Shown here: piece by piece, positions 49,268-64,000 of the stretch
Numbering within the stretch: position 1 is the stretch's first letter
Layout: the number at the start of each line of letters is the position of its first letter
Origin: Macrostomum lignano
Taxonomy: Eukaryota
DNA length: 64,000 nt
Reading direction: 5' to 3'
Assembly: GCA_002269645.1 (NCBI GenBank)
Contig: NIVC01001936.1
Span: forward strand, 89,194 to 153,193
Position numbers and translations under genes: made by a program
The notes under the pieces: model-generated
What the model saw: the letters and a program-made list of their open reading frames with translations, nothing else
The model's database searches: none
What the model was told of the DNA's origin: nothing

Positions 49268-50284
49268 GAGGAGAGAGGAGAGAGGTGAGAGGAGAGAGGT
49301 GAGAGGAGAGAGGTGAGAGGAGAGAGAGAGGTGAGAGGAGAGAAGAGAGAGGAGAGAGGTGAGAGGAGAGAGGTGAGAGGAGAGAGAGGTGAGAGGAGAG
49401 AAGTGAGAGGAGAGAGTGAGAGGAGAGAGGTGAGAGGAGAGAGGTGAGAGGAGAGAGAGAGGTGAGAGGAGAGAAGTGAGAGGAGAGAAGTGAGAGGAGA
49501 GAGGTGAGAGGAGAGAAGTGAGAGGAGAGAAGTGAGAGGAGAGAGGTGAGAGGAGAGAGGAGAAAGGTGAGAGGAGAAAGGAGGAGAGGAGAGAGGAGAG
49601 AGGAGAGAAGAGAGAAGAGAAGTGAGGGAGAGAGGAGAGAGGAGAGAGGAGAAAGGAGGAGAGGAGAGAGGAGAGAGGAGAAGAGAAAGAGAAGGGAGCA
49701 CGGGGAAAGCAGAGACTGCGGCGCACAGGCATCAGGTGAGGGAGCAGAGAGCAGGCGAGAGTGTCAGCCATAGTTTAAGCCGGTCATAACTTTGAGCTTC
49801 GAACCAAATAAAAACTCGCCCAGCTTTAATAGGCGACAAAGCTAATTAGGGCCTGCGCTAATCTTTCTCAACACGCTCGATCTCCAAATCTGTCCTCCAC
49901 CAGTCTGTCTGTCTGTCCGAGTCTCAGCGCGCTGAAAACGTCGAAAATTCCCCATGCTCGCTTCCTCACTTCATTGTCAGATTTTTTCAACCCCGGCAAA
50001 GATGAGGGAGAAGGCTTTGAGATAATTAGCCTGGGGTCCTGATTTTTTCTGTTGAGTCGAAACCCCCCGAGTAGCGCGTGACACGCGGCAGGTCTTGAAG
50101 AAGACGATTGGGGAAATATTTCCCAAATCGTGTCGCTTAGGGGAGGAGGGGTTGGGCTTTGATCAGGGCTGATCCGATCTCTCGGTTGATTGCGAAGGCG
50201 GCTGGCCTGGGGCGGAGTCGAATTTCGGATTCGCGTTGTCGGAGACTCCGAGTGAGTAAACTGCCGAATGCTCAAGGCTGATGG

Positions 50285-50812
50285 GAGACTGGGAGTTGGG
50301 TAGATAGGAGACTGAGAGTTGGGTAGATAGGAGACTGGGAGTTGGGTAGATAGGAGACTGAGAGTTGGGTAGATAGGAGACTGGGAGTTGGGTAGATAGG
50401 AGACTGAGAGTTGGGTAGATAGGAGACTGAGAGTTGGGTAGATAGGAGACTGGGAGTTGGGTAGATAGGAGACTGAGAGTTGGGTAGATAGGAGACTGGG
50501 AGTTGGGTAGATAGGAGACTGAGAGTTGGGTAGATAGGAGACTGAGAGTTGGGTAGATAGGAGACTGGGAGTTGGGTAGATAGGAGACTGAGAGTTGGGT
50601 AGATAGGAGACTGAGAGTTGGGTAGATAGGAGACTGGGAGTTGGGTAGATAGGAGACTGAGAGTTGGGTAGATAGGAGACTGAGAGTTGGGTAGATAGGA
50701 GACTGAGAGAGTTGGGTAGATAGGAGACTAAGAGAGTTGGGTAGATAGGAGACTGGGAGTTGGGTAGATAGGAGACTGAGAGTTGGGTAGACAGGAGACC
50801 TAGAGTTGGGTA
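50285..50812. repeat. 23-bp minisatellite
   Basis: (g(a/g)gagttgggtagataggagact)n. Confidence 0.95.
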
Positions 50813-51299
50813 GGCAGGGACATTGACCTCATGCAGTTTTAAAGCGTGAGGTTAAAGTTGAAGTTAAGATGACGCTAAAATCTGCTCGAACCCAGTCTAT
50901 TAATAACAGAGCGCTAATCTTGTTCGGCCCGCATATTTGGCAGTTGGACAACATTTTGCAGAAATTGTCATTCTGCGCCCAATTCCAATCAATATTCCTG
51001 TCAATCAGTACAACGCAATAATTGTCACCGCCATTCTATGGTAATCAGAAATAAAGTATAGGTTATGAGAGGCTTACTATATTTTCGCATTGATAAAGAC
51101 CGCCCGCTGAGGTTTGAGTTTATCGAATGACAGTTATTGTCTGTTGTGGCATTGTGTACATTGAGCATAGCTGTATTGCTAGTTCCACACTCCATGAATC
51201 TCATATTACTGTTTTAATAATAAGCATATGTGCCTATTAGTCTTCTAAGTTGGCAATGAAGTCTGCTTGTGCCATGTAGATATCACAATGCATTGTGCC

Positions 51300-51655
51300 T
51301 GCTACTGTAATGAGTGCTACTGTAATGAGTGCTACTGTAATGATTGCTACTGTAATCAATGCTACTGTAATGGGTTCTACTGTAATCAATGCTACTGTAA
51401 TCAATGCTACTGTAATCAATGCTACTGTAATGGGTTCTACTGTAATCAATGCTACTGTAATCAATGCTACTGTAATCAATGCTACTGTAATCAATGCTAC
51501 TGTAATCAATGCTACTGTAATCAATGCTACTGTAATCAATGCTACTGTAATCAATGCTACTGTAATGGGTTCTACTGTAATCAATGCTACTGTAATCAAT
51601 GCTACTGTAATCAATGCTACTGTAATCAATGCTGCTGTAATGAACGCTACTGTAA
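51300..51655. repeat. 15-bp minisatellite
   Basis: (gctactgtaatcaat)n. Confidence 0.95.
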
Positions 51656-52104
51656 AGCCAACTCGCAGAAGACTTGGCAGCTGTCAGCTGAGGCAGAATT
51701 TTCTGCTTTCACTCCAAAGTAACCAGATGCAAATCTCTGCTCCCCCAAGGGGATCGGTGAAGATTTTTGAGACAATTTGAAGCAACTTTCACACCAGCAA
51801 TCCGGACCCGAATCCGAGCCCCGGGGCCTGGCCCAGTCTTTGGGATCGGCACAGAATTAACTGGGGATATCTCGCGCCACCCCCTGATGGGACAACGATT
51901 TAACAATATTATCCTTCATAATGGCCAAGTGAAAATACAGCCGCCAGAGCTGCATACTGATCGAGTCAAAATCGAATGCAAAGTGGACTGGGGGAGTTGA
52001 AAGACTTTGGGACTCGACTGCCCCCTTGGGCGATCCATTTCAGAGCTGGCCACCGGGGCGCTCGGTGACTTCTTGGTGCGCTGGTTGGAGAGCGAGGCTC
52101 AGCA

Positions 52105-53228
<1,124 letters not shown>

Positions 53229-53819
53229 AGCCGAAATCAAGCGGTGGATCAGGCGGATATCAGCTGATGAGATCATAACTGATGTCACGGCTGAACCCCC
53301 TCACCATTCAGCTCAGGCCTCAACGCCGCTGCCCCGAGAGAATTAAAAAATCCCCCCCCTAATTAAGAATTTTGGCGCCAAGCGCTGTCTCAAAATCGAG
53401 AGTATGAGTTGCCATGCTCCGGGACAATATTGCCCAATTTTTTGAGTTGGAACACAAGATATCAATTTAACTGGCCATGTCTTCTGGGAAGAAAAATTCA
53501 CTCACTAAGCCGACTGTGTCTATCCTTCAGGAGTTGATGCCCCAACATAAGCAAATTGTAGTCTTTCTGGAATTACAGGTCCAAAATGATGTTTAAAAAT
53601 TCAGAATGCAGGAATTGAAACAAGGAGCTCCCAGTCCGTTCGTCTTTGTGCTTGTTGCCTTTCAAGCAAGGAGACCCGGGCTGATTTGACTTTTCTATTT
53701 GAGACCAGAGTAATTATCTTCTCCGTGTGGATGACTAATTATTGCAGTATCCGTTCTTTGGCTAGAAATTTGGTCAGTCAAATAGTCAGGCAGTTGTGCC
53801 ATCTATTCTCTCTGGTCAA

Positions 53820-54605
53820 CCCTGGTCTATCTCTGATCTATCTCAGATCTATCTGTGATCTATCTGTGATCTATCTGTGATCTATCTGCTCTGATCTATC
53901 TCTGATCTATCTCTGATCTATCTCTGATCTATCTCTGATCTATCTGTGATCTATCTGCTCTAATCTATCCTTGATCTATCTGTGATCTATCTGTGATCTA
54001 TCTGTGATCTATCTGTGATCTATCTGCTCTAATCTATCTCTGATCTATCTGTGATCTATGATCTATCTGTGATCTATCTGTGATCTATCTGCTCTGATCT
54101 ATCTCTGATCTATCTGTGATCTATCTGCTCTGATCTATCTGTGATCTATCTGTGATCTATCTGTGATCTATCTGCTCTGGTCTATTTCTGATCTATCTCT
54201 GATCTATCTGTGATCTATCGGTGGTATATCTCTGATCTATCTCTGATCTATCTGTGATCTATGTGCGATCTGTCTGGGATCTCCTAGATTAGATGTATCT
54301 CTAATCTATCTCTAATCTCTAATCTATCTCTAATATATCTCTAAACATCTTTAATCTATCAATGATCTACCTCTAATCTATCTGTGATCGATCTCTAATC
54401 TATCTGTGATCGATCTCTAATCTATCTGTGATCGATCTCTAATCTATCTGTGATCGATCTCTAATCTATCTGTGATCGATCTCTAATCTATCTGTGATCG
54501 ATCTCTAATCTATCTGTGATCGATCTCTAATCTATCTGTGATCGATCTCTAATCTATCTGTGATCGATCTCTAATCTATCTGTGATCGATCTCTAATCTA
54601 TCTAT
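53820..54605. repeat. 11-bp and 22-bp ATCT-based repeats
   Basis: (tgatctatctg)n then (aatctatctgtgatcgatctct)n. Confidence 0.93.
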
Positions 54606-55669
54606 GATGTATTCACAGTTAACATAATTTAAGATTTTGCTGAAATAAAGAAAATACCCAAAAGAAACTCTGCGCATTCAGAAGCAAAAATATCAGCGTG
54701 TAAAAAATCTTCAGGTTCCGTGATTCTCTGACTTAATCCCCAACAGTCAATTTAATTTGCTCAAAATCTGTCACAATCCTAACTCTCGATCTTTCTCGAT
54801 TAATTTTGCCACTTTTTCTGCCCCCGGTCTAGCTGATCTCGAGCTCCCAACATCCTCGCGTGCTTCCTTGATCCTATTAGCCAGCCCGCCCAGCTTCCTA
54901 GAGAGTTTTTCAACGCAAAGTGTGGTGCAAATGCTTGGCAAATTATTTAGGGAAATGCCTGCCCTGCCTGCCACTCCGATGGGGCTCACGTTGTCAGGTC
55001 TGATCAGGCCTCCGGAGGCTGGGCAAATTTATGATGACGGGAAAGTGGCTCTTACCGAAGTGAGAGAATGAGAGAGAGAGAGAGAGAGAGAGCTTGCCGT
55101 CAGCTTACTGATCCTTCACGGTAGCTTTACTAGCTCTCAATCTTATACCCACTTCTGCATTTCCGGCTACAGAGCCCCGTCTGCCAGTCTGACTGGCAAA
55201 AAAAGATTATGAATTCAACTTTATTGAAAGAGTTTTGTAAAAAAATCAACTCTGTATTCTTATAGCTGCAGGCCCAGTTTGTATAAAACATTTCTACTAA
55301 AGAAATTCACTGAGATTCATTTTTAAATATCCTCTTCTGGGATTACTGCAACATCCGCCAGCATCTTTGCCTCAGCCACCTTCATCAGCACCAACTGGCT
55401 GTGATTTCTTTAGCAAGCAAAAAATTGAGAGTTTCTGCACCCGGAACAAGACTGGGGCGACTTTCTCGCTATGCTGAATGCCATTGTGAAGGGTTCAGTC
55501 TAGTGAAAGTTGAGGGAATCAAGGTTTTTTAAATACACGACAACTGTCACTCACTTTGATTGGGGGTTGGGGTTGTTTGCCCCAACAATGGACATTGTGG
55601 CTGCCTTAATGGGATTGAAGAGAAGACGGAGAGTGCAGTCTGAGATTTAATGGGGGTGTGAGCAGACAG

Positions 55670-56300
55670 GAAAGGGAGGAGAGAAAAAGGAGTAGGGAGC
55701 GGAGAGAGGAAAGAAGAGAGCGGAGAGAGAGGGTGGAGAAGGGAGCGGAAAAAGGGGAGAAGGGAGCGGAGTGAGAGGGGAGAAGGGAGAGGAGAGAGGG
55801 AGAAGGGAGCGGAAAGAGGGGAGAAGGGAGAGGAGAGAGGGGAGAAGGGAGAGGAGAGAGGGGAGAAGGGAGCGGAAAGAGGGGAGAAGGGAGAGGAGAG
55901 AGGGGAGAAGGGAGCGGAGAGAAAGGGGAGAAGAGAGAGGAGAGAGAGGGGAGAAGGGAGAGGAGAGGGGGAGAAGGGAGCGGAGAGAAGGGAGAAGGGA
56001 GAGGAGAAAGGGGAGAAGGGAGAGGAGAGGGGGAGAAGGGAGAGGAGAGAGGGGAGAAGGGAGCGGAAAGAGGGGAGAAGGGAGAGGAGAGAGGGGAGAA
56101 GGGAGCGGAAAGAGGGGAGAAGGGAGAGGAGAGAGGGGAGAAGGGAGCGGAAAGATGGGAGAAGGGAGCGGAGAGGAAGGAGAAGGGAGCGGAGAGAAAG
56201 GGGAGAAGAGAGAGGAGAGGGGGAGAAGTGAGAGGAGAAAGGGGAGAAGGGAGCGGAGAGAAGGGAGAAGGGAGCGAAAAGATAGGGAGGAGGAGAGAAT
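55670..56300. repeat. Purine-rich array
   Basis: gagaggggagaagggagagga variants. Confidence 0.92.
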
Positions 56301-56989
56301 GTGATGAAAGAAGAGTTCATCACAAAACAATACGGTAGATTTCATTTTCAGATTCAATCAAATATGAAAGTCCAAATTGAGCGAATTTTTTTATCTACAA
56401 TAAATTTTTCTGCGACAAATTTGCAAGCCCAGGCATTAACTGCGCAGGGACTGAACGTGCGATAAGTGTATTTATTAATAATGATAATTATTATTGTTAA
56501 TATCTTCGTTCATAATTGTGACGTTTACTGCCATTTTTAATACGAGCATTGTTTATTAAATCAATGAAAAATTTGCATTCAAAACTTGTTTTCAAGCAAT
56601 AATTACATTATATAAACATTTTTGTTTAACAAAACTGCTTCAAGTTCAAACAAAAACAGTAAAACAAAGGAAGTAAAACAAGCATTAAAACAAAAGACTT
56701 TTAATAATATTCTTATTAATAAACAGAGACGTGATTTTGTTTTAAACTTTAACGAGTTAAGCAAGAACTGTGACTAGGGAGGGGCCGAACAATGAAACAT
56801 TTCTTAGAAAGCTCAAACGCGTTCGAATAGATTAAAAGCGAACAAGTGTATTCATATTTATTTGGAATACTTTGATGCCTTGCATCCGGACACTGCGACG
56901 CAATCAGAGGGGGTGCTTGCGTACACTTTTGCCGATCAGGCGCCTTGACTAGCTGAGTAGTTTTACAGGAAACTGCGTGAGCTTGGAAT

Positions 56990-57270
56990 GTGGGATTTTT
57001 TATTTGGGATGCGGGATTTGGGATATGGGATTTTGGGATTTTTGGGATTTTGTGATTCTGGGATTTTGGGATTTGGGATTTTGGAATTTGCGATATGGGA
57101 TTCGGGAATTGGGACTTTGGGATTTGGGATTTGGGATTTTGAGATTCGGGATTTTGGGATTTGTGATTCAAGATTTGGATTTTAGGATTTTTGGGATAGG
57201 GATTTGGGATTTGGGATTTGAGATTCGGGATTTCGGGATTCTGGGATTCTGGGATTTTTGGAATTTCGGA
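56990..57270. repeat. (GGGATTT)-type degenerate repeat
   Basis: Visible directly. Confidence 0.85.
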
Positions 57271-57465
57271 TTAGGGACCTAATATGTCGGGGCTGAAAAA
57301 TATGGTTTAGATTTGGGACTTTGAGACTTTTTATTATTAATAGGGATCTGGGATTGGGATTTATAAATCTGAATTAGCGATGAGAAGAATCTAAGTATCG
57401 ACCACAACAAAGCAATGTTTAAAAAAATTTAATCCGAGCCATTAACTCAAGCTCGCGGCGGCTGC

Positions 57466-63861
<6,396 letters not shown>

Positions 63862-64000
63862 GTCTGCTTGCTGTTGTGCGAGGACTTGGATAGTTAGTGT
63901 ACACTGATTCGGGCCAGTTTTGAAATGCTGGATGAAGTGGCTGCCGCTCTCTGGCGGCAATCGGTTTTGTGAGCAGTTTGAGCTCAGGAGAGCTGGGGGA

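Larger units (their letters stand above)
48470..49710. repeat. GA-rich array interrupted by the hAT-type element
   Basis: gagaggagagaggt variants on both sides of 48626-49267. Confidence 0.9.

Noticed and set aside
53262-53300. CTGATGA core suggestive of a hammerhead ribozyme (also near 1316)
   Set aside because: No downstream GAAA core or compatible stems found by eye.

Overview
Eukaryotic (metazoan) genomic DNA: GC-rich exons separated by introns that almost all contain tandem repeats. The style resembles the flatworm Macrostomum, but the species is an inference only. I reconstructed three host genes by hand from splice sites and reading-frame phase. (1) A complete 14-exon UDP-glucose:glycoprotein glucosyltransferase (UGGT, + strand, 1904-26975, about 1566 aa, ending HTEL), whose first intron is GC-AG. 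(2) A 7-exon TRP channel (+, 30462-40791, about 1201 aa) joining N-terminal ankyrin repeats to a TRPM-like pre-S1/TM/TRP-box core. (3) A 3-exon FoxQ2 forkhead gene (-, 57466-63861, about 433 aa). The main accessory feature is a 10,475-bp CMC/EnSpm(CACTA)-type DNA transposon (13202-23676) inside UGGT intron 11. It has CCCGCCTGGCCCAA terminal inverted repeats, a TG target-site duplication and CCGG-rich subtermini. It carries three co-directional minus-strand genes: a spliced transposase with one apparent frameshift, a small acidic protein ending in a Sae2/CtIP-like domain (CxxC plus RHR), and a repeat/coiled-coil/BEN-like protein. The CtIP-like cargo is the strongest novelty candidate. There is also a 642-bp hAT-type non-autonomous element with an 8-bp TSD carrying a minisatellite, and about 40 mini/microsatellite arrays. 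Most long ORFs in the supplied track are repeat artefacts. All family assignments come from remembered motifs; no searches were run.
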